A DNA stretch of 64,000 nucleotides from Gemmatimonadales bacterium (GCA_036397455.1 DASWIX010000079.1:7572-71571); one strand, 5' to 3'. Positions 47,048 to 58,324 are shown, counted from the first letter of the stretch. The notes: generated by a model from the letters alone, not told the origin. Program-made: numbers and translations.

Positions 47048-49885
47048 ATGCGGATTTCGCCTCGATTCCTGACGGCCGTTATGGCGGCGGGGGCGCTGGC
47101 ACCCGTGGTCGCGTGTCAACCGATTGCCATTGGCCCCACCGCCGTCGAGCCGAACTTCGATGCCGAGGACCCTCCGCCAACGCTCAAGAAGGTGACCGTC
47201 TGCAAGGTCGGCACGGACGCCGAGTTCCGCGTCACCATCGGGAGCGGTACACCGGATACCCTTTCCCTGGCGGAGGGCAGTTGCGCGGTCGTGGCGGAAT
47301 GGGTGGACGTGACTTCGCCGTTGGACGTGACCGTGACGGAGCTCGAGCTCGCGGGAACGCAGCTCGATTCGATCGCGAAGGATTCGGTCTACACCGTTCT
47401 GACCAACCCCCCGACGTACGAGACCGCCACCTGGATCACCGGCACGAATACGGTCGTCGGGCACCAGGGCGGGGGGAAGGGCGCCGTACTGACCTTCTTC
47501 AACTCGCTGGTGGGCCAGGCGGACACCAGCCGGCCGGCCGTGCCGAACGGGTTCGACTCGCCGGACAGCGCCGTGGCACTCCTCGTGAATCCCCCGGGGA
47601 GCGACCCGGAGCTCCTCGTGTTCCGCAATTTCGTGCACATCGAATTCGATGACACGACCACCGGCACCACGGTTAGGGACCTGTTCGCGCGGTACGGGGC
47701 TACCGTAGCCGGGGGGTATCCGCTCACGGGCGCGTACATCATCCAGGTCCCCGACCCCGGTCCGGCGTACGCCGACTTGAAGGCACTCCTCGCGCAACTG
47801 GCGGCCGAGCCAGGAGTTGCTTGGGTGTACCGTCGCGTCAAGTTTGAACCTGAGGGAAGTCTGGGCCGCTTTCCAGAGGACGGCTCGCTCTCGCGGCGAG
47901 AGGACTGGCTGGGCGCGCCGACGGACGCGACCAGGGGCCTGCGCGCGATCCGCGCCCCGCTGGCCTGGGGCTGCGAGACCGGGACCTACGGATCTTCGCC
48001 CGTCGGCATCGGGGTGATCGATGACGTGTTCGGGACGGGGATAGCGGACCTGAGTTCTGTGGTCGAGCACTCGGTTGACCCGACGGTCGCGGCGTTCCGG
48101 GCTCTCACCGACCCTGCTCGGCTGAGTCACGGCACGGGGGTATCCGGGGTGATTGGTGCCAGGGGCGACAACGGGTCCGGCGTCGCGGGGCTAGTCTGGG
48201 CCAGCACCCTACACCAGTTCAGACTCGCCCGAGAAGTTGGCCTGGTGACGCGCATGGTCGAAGACCCGGGCGCCTACATCGCTCACGTGGTCCTGCCCGC
48301 CGCCATTCAAGCGCCGATCAGGATTCTCCATTCGTCGATCGAGGCCCCGATAGACGCTCGCGTCGCGAATATTATCGAACTCAACCTCCGGCAGTTTGTG
48401 GACGCGTCCCCGGGTGGCCGTCTCTTCGTGCAGGCCGGGCAGAACACCCGCGGGACGATTCTGCCCGATACCGCCGACCAGATTCAAGGCGGGTTCCTGA
48501 TGGAGCAGGCGGTGGCCAACCTGGGCGGGACGCCTGACGCGAACCGGGTGATCCTCGTGGGCGCCGCCAACCGCGATGGCACGACGCTGTGGGGTGCGGG
48601 GACGCCAGGTGGCGATGGGGCAACGCTGTGGTCCGGCGTCACCGCAATCCTGGCGCCGTCCGAGAGCATCCTCGTCCTCGCCAGGCCGCAGGATTTTGCC
48701 GCGGGCACGTTCGCCACGTCCGGCACGTCGTTCGGCGCGCCGATGGTGAGCGGGGTGGCGGCGCAGCTCTGGACGTTCGATCCGACCCTCACCGCGGACG
48801 AGGTGCGGGACTACATCTTGCGCGGGGCGCAGGAGCCCAAATCGTTCGGGCCGACGGGGGCTCCGGTCCCGCCCACCCCGATTGCGGGATCCGGCGGGCT
48901 GTTCCTGCTAGACGCCTACGGCGCGTTGACGCTCGCCTCGCGCGAGCGGCCCAACACGACGCCGATTTGTGGCGTCAAGGTGTGGGCGCAAGGCGCCAAC
49001 GTGGCGGTCGCGCGGGACGTGGTGCAGTTGTGGTCGGTGCCCGGCGCGACAGGCCCGCTCTCCGTCTCCGTGGCGCAGGGCGGGCGGCTGATTGCCGCGA
49101 GTGACGGTGCTCAGGTGTTCACGCTCGACCATCAGGGCAATCCCGTGGAGACGTTGTCGCTCCGCCGCCGCGTCTACCTGGAACGCGATACGATGGATCT
49201 CGTGACCGGACCCGCGGGCGTTCTCGTGTCCATCACCGGGCCGAATGGCGTGCCGGCGTTCGATCCGGTGGAGCGGGTCCTGCCGTCCCTACCGCCGGAG
49301 CTACACTCGGCGTGGAACGTCGGGGCCGTGGAGGCCTCACCGGTCGGTGACTGGCTCGCCGTCCGGCTGCACGAATCGAACGCACTGTTGTGTGAATCCG
49401 CTTACTGGTATCTGGTTCCCGCTTCGGGCCAACCCGCGGTACTCGTGCAGGCCATGCTCGGGAACCCACCCGCCGCCGGCTTCCCGCTCGAGGCCTGTCA
49501 CGCGAACAAGATGAGCGCAGGCTGGTCGCACGACGGGCAACGCACGGCGATCACCATACTGCGGGGGCTCTCCGGCGAGAAGGAGACGGGCCTGCGGATG
49601 ATCTCGATCGTGAACGGGCAACCGGTCGGGGTGACGAGCGAAATCGTGTTGGGGGGACTCTGGCTCTTTCAGCCGCGGTTTACGGCGAACGACTCGCTGC
49701 TCATGGTGAACGAGCAAACCGAGGAAGACGCATGTAGCCTCGCGTATCGGGTGGCAGGCGCACCGGGGTCACGGGTGCGCACGGAGTTCGCGCTCCCAAG
49801 CGACTGCGACGCCCCCATTACTCCACCGACCATCTTCAACACGCGCGTGGCCCCGCCGGCGAGCCCGGCTCAGCGCCGGAGGTGA
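47048..49885 (+). CDS. S8 subtilisin-like serine peptidase, probable lipoprotein with a C-terminal propeller-like region
   Basis: VVAC lipobox; triad GVIDD / SHGTGV / SGTSFGAPMVSG; WSHDG and PRFTAND repeats. Confidence 0.88.
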   Translation: MRISPRFLTAVMAAGALAPVVACQPIAIGPTAVEPNFDAEDPPPTLKKVTVCKVGTDAEFRVTIGSGTPDTLSLAEGSCAVVAEWVDVTSPLDVTVTELELAGTQLDSIAKDSVYTVLTNPPTYETATWITGTNTVVGHQGGGKGAVLTFFNSLVGQADTSRPAVPNGFDSPDSAVALLVNPPGSDPELLVFRNFVHIEFDDTTTGTTVRDLFARYGATVAGGYPLTGAYIIQVPDPGPAYADLKALLAQLAAEPGVAWVYRRVKFEPEGSLGRFPEDGSLSRREDWLGAPTDATRGLRAIRAPLAWGCETGTYGSSPVGIGVIDDVFGTGIADLSSVVEHSVDPTVAAFRALTDPARLSHGTGVSGVIGARGDNGSGVAGLVWASTLHQFRLAREVGLVTRMVEDPGAYIAHVVLPAAIQAPIRILHSSIEAPIDARVANIIELNLRQFVDASPGGRLFVQAGQNTRGTILPDTADQIQGGFLMEQAVANLGGTPDANRVILVGAANRDGTTLWGAGTPGGDGATLWSGVTAILAPSESILVLARPQDFAAGTFATSGTSFGAPMVSGVAAQLWTFDPTLTADEVRDYILRGAQEPKSFGPTGAPVPPTPIAGSGGLFLLDAYGALTLASRERPNTTPICGVKVWAQGANVAVARDVVQLWSVPGATGPLSVSVAQGGRLIAASDGAQVFTLDHQGNPVETLSLRRRVYLERDTMDLVTGPAGVLVSITGPNGVPAFDPVERVLPSLPPELHSAWNVGAVEASPVGDWLAVRLHESNALLCESAYWYLVPASGQPAVLVQAMLGNPPAAGFPLEACHANKMSAGWSHDGQRTAITILRGLSGEKETGLRMISIVNGQPVGVTSEIVLGGLWLFQPRFTANDSLLMVNEQTEEDACSLAYRVAGAPGSRVRTEFALPSDCDAPITPPTIFNTRVAPPASPAQRRR

Positions 49886-50076
49886 CGTCCAGGCGGCAAC
49901 CGCCGACGGACGCGACCGCAAAACAGTAAAGGCGTCCGGAGCAGGAGCCCTCATGACGGCAGCTGTCGCCTTGGCGGCGTCCAGCTCCATCGGCTGCTGG
50001 AAGGATACCACGCGGCGCCCTGACCTTGGCGCCGTCCCGGGCGGGACGGCACGCGGGGCGCCCAGCCCCATCACCC

Positions 50077-50107
50077 TTGCATTATGAGCGTGTGACGCTC
50101 AATTTGC
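50077..50107 (+). promoter_or_regulatory. Probable leaderless promoter with an operator-like inverted repeat
   Basis: TTGCAT (50077-50082)-N17-CAATTT; GCATTATGAGCGT-GTG-ACGCTCAATTTGC (50079-50107); ATG at 50111. Confidence 0.6.
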
Positions 50108-50110
50108 GAT

Positions 50111-51280
50111 ATGCCAACGTTCGTCGACCGACCCCGGGACGTCGGCCGGATCACCACCCTGCTGCGGCAGTTCCCGGTGGTGGCGGTGCTCGGCGCCCGT
50201 CAGGTCGGGAAGACCACCCTCGCCCGCCAGGTGGTGGCCAGGCGACGCGGCGGCGCCACGGTGTTCGACCTGGAAAACGCCGCCGACCTGGCGCGGCTCG
50301 CCGATCCGCTGCTCGCGCTGCGGCGGGAACGGGGGCTCGTGGTGATCGACGAGGTCCACCACCTGGCGGACCTGTTCCGCACCCTTCGGGTGCTCGCCGA
50401 CGAGCCGGGCACCCGGCGGCGGTTCCTCGTGCTTGGCAGCGCCTCGCCGGAGTTGCTCCGCCAGGGCGCGGAGACCCTCGCCGGTCGGATTGCCTACCAC
50501 GAGCTCCACGGGTTTCGGCTCGACGAGGTCGGACTGGGACAGCTCCCGCGACGGTGGCTGCGCGGTGGCTTCCCGCGGGCCTTTCTCGCGCCCAGCGAGG
50601 CGGCGAGCCGTGGGTGGCGGGAGGCGTTCATCCGGACCTTCCTCGAGCGGGACATCCCCCAGTTCGGGCTGCGCATTCCGGCCCCGGCGCTACGGCGCTT
50701 CTGGTCCATGATGGCGCACTATCATGCCCAGACGTGGAACAGCTCCGAGCTGGCCCGCGCCTTCGGCGTGGCTCACACGACGGTCCAGCGCTATCTGGAC
50801 GTGCTGACGGAAACGTTCATGGTTCGGCAGCTCCCTCCTTGGCACGAGAACCTGTCGAAGCGCCAGGTACGTGCCCCCAAGGTGTACCTGCGGGACACCG
50901 GTCTGCTGCACACCCTCCTGGGGCTGGCCTCGCGGCCGGAACTGGAGGGGCATCCGAAGGTCGGTGCCTCGTGGGAGGGACTGGCGCTGGACGTGGTGCT
51001 CGACCACCTGGGCGCGGGTCCTGGCGAGGCATACTTCTGGGCGACGCACGCGGGGGCGGAACTCGATCTCCTGGTCGTCCGCGGCCGCACCCGCCTCGGA
51101 TTCGAGTTCAAGCGGACCACGGCGCCAAGGGCCACCCCGTCCATGCGGTCGGCCCTCGCGGACCTGAGGTTGCGACGCCTGGACGTGATCCACGCCGGTA
51201 CCGAGACGTTCCCCATGGGCGAGCGCATTCGGGCCGTGCCGCTCACCCGGGTCGGTGAGGACATCGCGCCGCTGCGATGA
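50111..51280 (+). CDS. AAA+ ATPase (AAA_14) with a DUF4143 / nuclease-like C-terminus (COG1373 type)
   Basis: GARQVGKT, IDEVH, ETLAGRI, RGGFP, PKVYLRDTGL, ELDL…FEFK. Confidence 0.92.
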   Translation: MPTFVDRPRDVGRITTLLRQFPVVAVLGARQVGKTTLARQVVARRRGGATVFDLENAADLARLADPLLALRRERGLVVIDEVHHLADLFRTLRVLADEPGTRRRFLVLGSASPELLRQGAETLAGRIAYHELHGFRLDEVGLGQLPRRWLRGGFPRAFLAPSEAASRGWREAFIRTFLERDIPQFGLRIPAPALRRFWSMMAHYHAQTWNSSELARAFGVAHTTVQRYLDVLTETFMVRQLPPWHENLSKRQVRAPKVYLRDTGLLHTLLGLASRPELEGHPKVGASWEGLALDVVLDHLGAGPGEAYFWATHAGAELDLLVVRGRTRLGFEFKRTTAPRATPSMRSALADLRLRRLDVIHAGTETFPMGERIRAVPLTRVGEDIAPLR

Positions 51281-51465
51281 TGCCGGCCGGGCGTCGCGGC
51301 ACCGCGCTGGATCGAGGCACCCAACGGTTCTGGTGCGAGTGGACCACCGCGGCCGGGAAGAGCTACGTCCTGGTGGAGCCCGTGGCGGGCACCACGCGCC
51401 GGGTCTTCGACAACGACCGCATCGCGGGAATAGGCCAGACCGTCATGTCGCATGTGCGGGCTTGA
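51277..51465 (+). CDS. Small hypothetical protein or gene fragment
   Basis: ATGA overlap with the ATPase stop; 62 aa; no motif. Confidence 0.3.
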   Translation: MMPAGRRGTALDRGTQRFWCEWTTAAGKSYVLVEPVAGTTRRVFDNDRIAGIGQTVMSHVRA

Positions 51466-51521
51466 CCACCATGACTCCGCGCGACGACGTTTCGCGCTAC
51501 CGAATCGCGCACACCAACAAA

Positions 51522-51546
51522 GCGCCCCGGAAATATTCCGGGGCGC
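51522..51546 (-). terminator. Intrinsic terminator of groESL
   Basis: GCGCCCCGGAA-N3-TTCCGGGGCGC stem followed by TTTGTT on the minus strand. Confidence 0.8.
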
Positions 51547-51588
51547 CTTGAACCACCCTGCCCTACCAGTCGCCCAGCCGACTAGCTG

Positions 51589-53558
<1,970 letters not shown>

Positions 53559-53610
53559 AACCTGAGCCTCCGTTACTGGTAACATGTTGATGGATATGAC
53601 TTTGACGGCA

Positions 53611-53675
53611 TTAGCACTCTTTGGTACCGAGTGCTAATCAGGCAGGGAAGATACGTCGGCCCCGAATGAAGTCAA
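53611..53675 (-). promoter_or_regulatory. CIRCE element (HrcA operator) and groESL promoter
   Basis: TTAGCACTC-N9-GAGTGCTAA at 53611-53637; TTGACT (53675-53670)-N16-TATCTT (53653-53648). Confidence 0.95.
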
Positions 53676-53710
53676 GTGGCATAGTGGGGCGGGAGGGCGG
53701 CTGGCCGATC

Positions 53711-54253
53711 TCAGCGATCCCAATAGGCTTCCAACTCCACGCCGAGCCCGTCGGCCATCCGGTTGACATAGGCGTAGTACGCGGTGACCTGGCAGGTGTC
53801 GAGGATCTCGCCGTCGCCGAGGCCGACGGCGCGCAGCGCGTCGATATCGCCCGGTGTCATGCGGCTGGGGGTCTTGGTGAGCTTGACCGCGTAGTCAAGG
53901 ATCGCGCGCTCGCGTGGAGTGAGCGTCGCGGTCGAGTAGTCCCGCTCCACCGCGGCGGCCTTCTCATCATCGTGCAACAACCGACGGAGACCCGCCCCGT
54001 GATGTCGGATTCAGTACACGCAGTCGTTGGCCCGTGAGACGGCAACCGCGATCATCTCCCGCTCGGTGCGGGACAGGCCGGACGGCCCGCGCATGAGGTG
54101 CTCGTACAGACGGTAATGGTGCTCGAGCGATTCCGGATTGAGCGAGTGGATCTTGAGGATATGGTCGACCCCGAAATGACCGCGATGCGCGGCATACAAC
54201 TCCGCCAGTTTCCCACTCGCGTCACGCTCATCAACCCACTCGATCCACGCCAT
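53711..54253 (-). CDS. AhpD/carboxymuconolactone-decarboxylase-family peroxidase-related selenoprotein (CxxU), 180 aa by UGA readthrough
   Basis: The two listed ORFs share a frame across TGA 54013-54011: EREMIAVAVSRANDCVY-U-IRHHGAGLRRL; SECIS-like hairpin follows; selC is in the window. Confidence 0.88.
53981..54008 (-). promoter_or_regulatory. Putative bacterial SECIS element
   Basis: ACGGGG-CGGGU-CUCCGU stem-loop (54000-53984) starting at the 11th nt after UGA; lower CCG/CGG stem. Confidence 0.65.
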
Positions 54254-54274
54254 CCCATACCCCCTATGACCGTC

Positions 54275-55315
54275 CTAGTCCACGATCCTCCGTGCGCTCA
54301 CCCAGCGTTGCTGCCACCAGCGGCTATCGGGGTCGGTCGCGGTAAGACTCGACAACTTCACCCCGCCCGACGCGCTGTGAATGAACTGTCCTCCGCCAAT
54401 ATACAAACCGATATGCGTGATGCGACTCGTGCCCTCGATGGAGAACCCGATCAGGTCGCCCGGGGCCAGCGCAGCCACGCGCTTGTCGAGGGCCTTGCCC
54501 ATGCGCATCTGGTCGCGACTGATGCGCGGCATGATGATGCCGTGTTGACCGTAGGCGTAGTGAATCAGCCCCGAACAATCGAATCCGTTTTCGTCGCTGC
54601 CGCCCCACTGATACGGGAGGCCCATGACCTTGAGTGCGGTCTCGACGACGCTGGTGGTGAGCCGCGCGCCGGTCTCGGACGCGCCGGCATCGCGCGCCAG
54701 GTCGTGAATGTCATTGGTCGACGGAAGACGACTCGGCGGGGCTGATGGACGCGCAGGATTCGTCGCGACGGCCGGCGGGTGCGCCGCGCGGCTGGGCGAC
54801 CCGCCGAGACCGATCGCCACGCGGCCGGTCAACTGAATCCCGCGCCGGTCATCGGGGCCAAGCCGCCAGAAACCGTACATCCCGGAGTCCTCGACGCGGT
54901 ACCGGCCCTCGAGCCCGAGCGAGAAGCCCGAGAACGGCCTGACCGCGTAGCCGCCACCGGCCGACCACGCCCCATCGATGCCTCCTCCGACGTGCCTGAT
55001 GCCAACAGCCGCAGAGCCAATGAGATACGGTCCCGACCCGTCGCGGAACATGCTCAGGGACAGCTCTGCCCCCGACAGAGTGCGGTCGTCGATCGAACGG
55101 GTGTTATCGAGGTGGGTGAACCCGATCCCATAGCCAAATGGACCGAAGAGCCTGCGGGTGTAGCCAGCGGAAAACACGACCGAGGTGGAATCGCCGGTCC
55201 ACCAAAAGCCGTACCCCGCCTCGAACGTCGGCCCTTGTGCCTGAGCGGCCGCCGAGACCGAACCACCGAGGACCCCAAGCAGGGTCGCGAGCCGCGCTGC
55301 CGGAATGACCTTCAT
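54275..55315 (-). CDS. NlpC/P60 (C40) peptidase with an N-terminal outer-membrane beta-barrel-like domain
   Basis: PYQWGG, FDCSGLI, PGDLI, THIGLY, FIHS; amphipathic beta-strands after the signal peptide. Confidence 0.88.
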   Translation of the reverse strand: MKVIPAARLATLLGVLGGSVSAAAQAQGPTFEAGYGFWWTGDSTSVVFSAGYTRRLFGPFGYGIGFTHLDNTRSIDDRTLSGAELSLSMFRDGSGPYLIGSAAVGIRHVGGGIDGAWSAGGGYAVRPFSGFSLGLEGRYRVEDSGMYGFWRLGPDDRRGIQLTGRVAIGLGGSPSRAAHPPAVATNPARPSAPPSRLPSTNDIHDLARDAGASETGARLTTSVVETALKVMGLPYQWGGSDENGFDCSGLIHYAYGQHGIIMPRISRDQMRMGKALDKRVAALAPGDLIGFSIEGTSRITHIGLYIGGGQFIHSASGGVKLSSLTATDPDSRWWQQRWVSARRIVD

Positions 55316-55441
55316 GTGACGTAAGTCCCAACGTAGCAATACCATAGCTACCGGTCAACATTCTGCCATCGCGCAGCGGCCGAGTGACCAGACGTGAGGG
55401 ACCCTCGTCTGATTACCTTTTGAGGCCAAATGGGAGGTACC

Positions 55442-55864
55442 ATGCCCGTCGTCACCGTGACGCGACGCGTCCATTTCAACGCGGCTCACCGGCTGCACCG
55501 TCCTGACCTGTCCGACGCCGAGAACCGCGCGCTGTTCGGCCCGTGCAACAACCCCAACTACCACGGGCACAATTACGAACTGGACATCTCGGTGGCTGGC
55601 GAGGTCGACCCGGTAACCGGCTACGTCGCCGACATGGGCGAAATCAAGCGCGTCGCCGAGCGGACGGTGCTGGCGGCGCTCGACCACAAGAACCTGAATC
55701 TCGACGTGACCGCGTTCGCCGAGGTCAACCCGACCGCGGAGAACATCGTCGTGGCGATCTGGAGCATGCTGGAGCACGCATTGCCGGGGAGACTCGTGAA
55801 GCTGGTGTTGTGGGAGACGCCGCGGAATTACGTCGAGTACACGGGGAGCGGCGCCCGGCGCTGA
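55442..55864 (+). CDS. 6-pyruvoyl-/6-carboxy-tetrahydropterin synthase family protein (PTPS/QueD)
   Basis: FNAAHRL, CNNPNYHGHNY, LDHKNLN, PTAEN, LWETPRN; GGGAGG RBS. Confidence 0.93.
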   Translation: MPVVTVTRRVHFNAAHRLHRPDLSDAENRALFGPCNNPNYHGHNYELDISVAGEVDPVTGYVADMGEIKRVAERTVLAALDHKNLNLDVTAFAEVNPTAENIVVAIWSMLEHALPGRLVKLVLWETPRNYVEYTGSGARR

Positions 55865-56221
55865 AACCTATCGGCAGTCCCGCCCTGAAGGGCGGGCTCG
55901 GCCAAGAGGAGCGTGCTGAAGCACGCCGCCGACCCGTCCTTCAGGACGCCGTTCTCGACCGAGCCCGGGCTCTCAGCCCGGGACTGTCGCAGCGTGCTGA
56001 AGCACGCCGCCGACCCGTCCTTCAGGACGCCATTCTCGGCCGAGCCCGGGCTCTCAGGCCGGTTGTGGGAGACGCCGCGGAATTACGTCGAGTACACGGG
56101 GAGCGGCGCCCGCCGCTGAAACCTGTCGGCAGTCCCGCCCTGAAGGGCGGGCTCGGCCAAGAGTAGCGTGCTGAAGCACGCCGCCGACCCGTCCTTCAGG
56201 ACGCCGTTCTCGGCCGAGCCC
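55807..56221. repeat. 160-bp direct repeat of the PTPS 3' end plus a REP-like hairpin cluster
   Basis: 55807-55966 vs 56062-56221 (4 mismatches); a sub-unit of up to 67 bp at 55910, 55991 and 56165; hairpins CCCGCCCTGAAGGGCGGG, GCGTGCTGAAGCACGC, CGTCCTTCAGGACG. Confidence 0.92.
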
Positions 56222-56228
56222 TCTTGTG

Positions 56229-56795
56229 CTACGGCCAGAGCCAGCCGAACACGCCCGCGGTGAGCAAGCCGTACACGACGCCATCAACGACGCTCTTCCA
56301 GGTAGACGCCCACTGCCGCCCGAACCAGATCGCGTCCGGGAACATCGCGGCCGTGTATGCGATCGTCGCCACGGTGCCGCTGATTCGAAAGACGCGCATG
56401 TACTCCTCACCGGCACCCACCGTGCTGCCCGTGACGTACGCGACGAAGATCGCGACCACCAGGTAGTAGACGAACGACAACAGCATCGGTTTGCCCATGT
56501 TCGTCCGGACGTTGGCGGTCTGCACGATCATCAGGCCGACCGGTCCCTCGGACAGGCGTTTCTGGAACTCCTCGCTCTTGAACTCCGCCATGTCTGTCGT
56601 GTGTGGGAACATGTAGTGGCCGGGACCGACGTTATGCATGCGGAGCCCGCTGAGGATCTTCTCTTCGTCGGGGAGTTTGCCCCAGTCGCGTTTGTGGTGT
56701 GGCAGCGCCGTCCACGCCAGGGCGCTCGCGACGAACACGATTGCCGCGGACGCCAGAATGGGTAACCACAGTTGTGTCAGGGAAACGAACTCCAT
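56229..56795 (-). CDS. Conserved hypothetical membrane protein (~4 TM)
   Basis: Hydrophobic helices; LPHHKRD and PGHYMFP motifs. Confidence 0.75.
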   Translation of the reverse strand: MEFVSLTQLWLPILASAAIVFVASALAWTALPHHKRDWGKLPDEEKILSGLRMHNVGPGHYMFPHTTDMAEFKSEEFQKRLSEGPVGLMIVQTANVRTNMGKPMLLSFVYYLVVAIFVAYVTGSTVGAGEEYMRVFRISGTVATIAYTAAMFPDAIWFGRQWASTWKSVVDGVVYGLLTAGVFGWLWP

Positions 56796-56876
56796 GGCGG
56801 CCTCCGGTTATGGACGGCGCCAACGTACGACGCCGTCCCAACCGAGTCCAGCGCACCGTCCCCTTCGGGGAGGAGG

Positions 56877-57818
56877 CTAGGCGGACACCTTCTCGAGCTC
56901 GACCGCGCTCATCGTCGACTTGACCGCCGCGGCCGACGCCGCCAGCGCGGTGCGTTCGTCGTCGGTCAACTCGACTTCGATGATCTCCTCGAGGCCGTTG
57001 GCGCCGAGCTTGCACGGGACGCCACAGTACAACCCGTCGAGCCCGTACTCGCCGGTGAGCCAGGCCGCGCACGGCAGGATGCGCTTCTTGTCCTTGACGA
57101 TCGCCTCGGCCATCTGGGCTGCCGCGGAGGCCGGCGCGTAATAGGCCGAACCGGTCTTCAAGTATCCGACGATCTCCGCCCCGCCCTTCCGCGTGCGCTC
57201 GACGATGGCGTCGAGTTGCTCGCGACCGATGAGCTGCGTGACGGGAATGCCCGACACGGTGGTATAGGAAATCAGCGGCACCATCGTGTCGCCGTGGCCG
57301 CCAAGCACCATCGCCTGGATGTCCTCGACCGACACGTCGAGCGCCTCGGCCAGGAAACTGCGATACCGCGCGGTATCGAGCACGCCCGCCATCCCGATGA
57401 CACGTTCCCGCGGGAACCCGGTGACTTCCTTCGCGACCCAACACATGACGTCGAGCGGGTTGGACACCATGATGATGATGGCATCCGGACAGGTCCGTTT
57501 GATCTCCTCGCTGACGGACTTGGTAATGGCCGCGTTGGTCTTCGCCAGATCGTCGCGACTCATCCCGGGTTTCCGCGCGATGCCGGCCGTGACGATGACC
57601 ATCTCGGACCCCGCGGCGGGACCCCAATCGTTGGTGCCTTCCACCCGCGTGTCGAATCCCTCGATCGGCGCTGACTCCCACTGGTCGAGGCCTTTCCCCT
57701 GCGGGATACCCTCGACGACATCCAGCAAGACGACTCGCCGCGCGAGTTCTTTCTCGGCAACGCGCTGGGCCAGCGTCGCGCCGACGTGGCCCGCACCTAC
57801 CACCGTGATCTTGTTCAT
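56877..57818 (-). CDS. mdh: Malate dehydrogenase (LDH-like)
   Basis: [36 protein letters not shown]. Confidence 0.97.
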   Translation of the reverse strand: MNKITVVGAGHVGATLAQRVAEKELARRVVLLDVVEGIPQGKGLDQWESAPIEGFDTRVEGTNDWGPAAGSEMVIVTAGIARKPGMSRDDLAKTNAAITKSVSEEIKRTCPDAIIIMVSNPLDVMCWVAKEVTGFPRERVIGMAGVLDTARYRSFLAEALDVSVEDIQAMVLGGHGDTMVPLISYTTVSGIPVTQLIGREQLDAIVERTRKGGAEIVGYLKTGSAYYAPASAAAQMAEAIVKDKKRILPCAAWLTGEYGLDGLYCGVPCKLGANGLEEIIEVELTDDERTALAASAAAVKSTMSAVELEKVSA

Positions 57819-58324
57819 GGTCGCTTTCTCTGACTGTCTGGAGTTAGCGCATCGGTCCGCGATCCGGGGGGCGACGCGTCCAGCTGCCGAATGGCCTCGT
57901 AGGTCACGATCGCCACCGCGTTCGCGAGGTTCAGGCTCCGCACGGCCGGCGTCATCGGGATCCGGAACAGGCGATCGGGATACTTCTCGCGAATGCGTTC
58001 CGGCATGCCCTGGGTCTCGTTACCAAACACCAGTACCGAGTTCGGGGCGTAGGGGGCGTCCGTGTGGGGACGCGCGCCGTGTGACGTGAAATATAAACAG
58101 CGTTCGCGTGCCACGGCTTCGCGAAATGCGCGCCAATGGGGATGGACCCACAAGTCCACCTCGGGCCAGTAGTCCAGCCCGGCCCGGCGCAGTTGGTCGT
58201 CATCGAGAGCAAACCCGAGCGGCTCGATCAGATGCAGACTGGCACCAGCAGCGGCGCAGAGGCGCGCGATATTGCCGGTATTGGGCGGAATCCTCGGCTC
58301 GATCAGCGCGACCGCGAGCGCCAT
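57815..58324 (-). CDS. trmL: tRNA (cytidine/uridine-34)-2'-O-methyltransferase
   Basis: [32 protein letters not shown]. Confidence 0.95.
   Translation of the reverse strand: MALAVALIEPRIPPNTGNIARLCAAAGASLHLIEPLGFALDDDQLRRAGLDYWPEVDLWVHPHWRAFREAVARERCLYFTSHGARPHTDAPYAPNSVLVFGNETQGMPERIREKYPDRLFRIPMTPAVRSLNLANAVAIVTYEAIRQLDASPPGSRTDALTPDSQRKRP

Noticed and set aside
47048..51280. IetAS-type ATPase + S8 protease defence pair
   Set aside because: The subtilase has a lipoprotein signal, the ATPase is AAA_14/DUF4143 type with its own promoter, and the genes are 225 bp apart
53711..54253. Two separate small genes or a nonsense pseudogene
   Set aside because: The stop is UGA at a catalytic-Cys position with a SECIS-like hairpin and selC present; both halves look intact
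55346..55441. preQ1 riboswitch upstream of the PTPS/QueD gene
   Set aside because: A hairpin is present (~55389-55411), but I see no preQ1 consensus loop or A-rich tail
55543..56166. ORFs with repeated peptides across the REP-like region
   Set aside because: They are translations of the DNA repeats and overlap the PTPS gene out of frame
55807..56221. CRISPR array or DGR template/variable repeat pair
   Set aside because: Spacing is irregular with no unique spacers; the 4 mismatches (G/C, A/G, G/T, A/G) are not adenine-specific; no reverse transcriptase in the window
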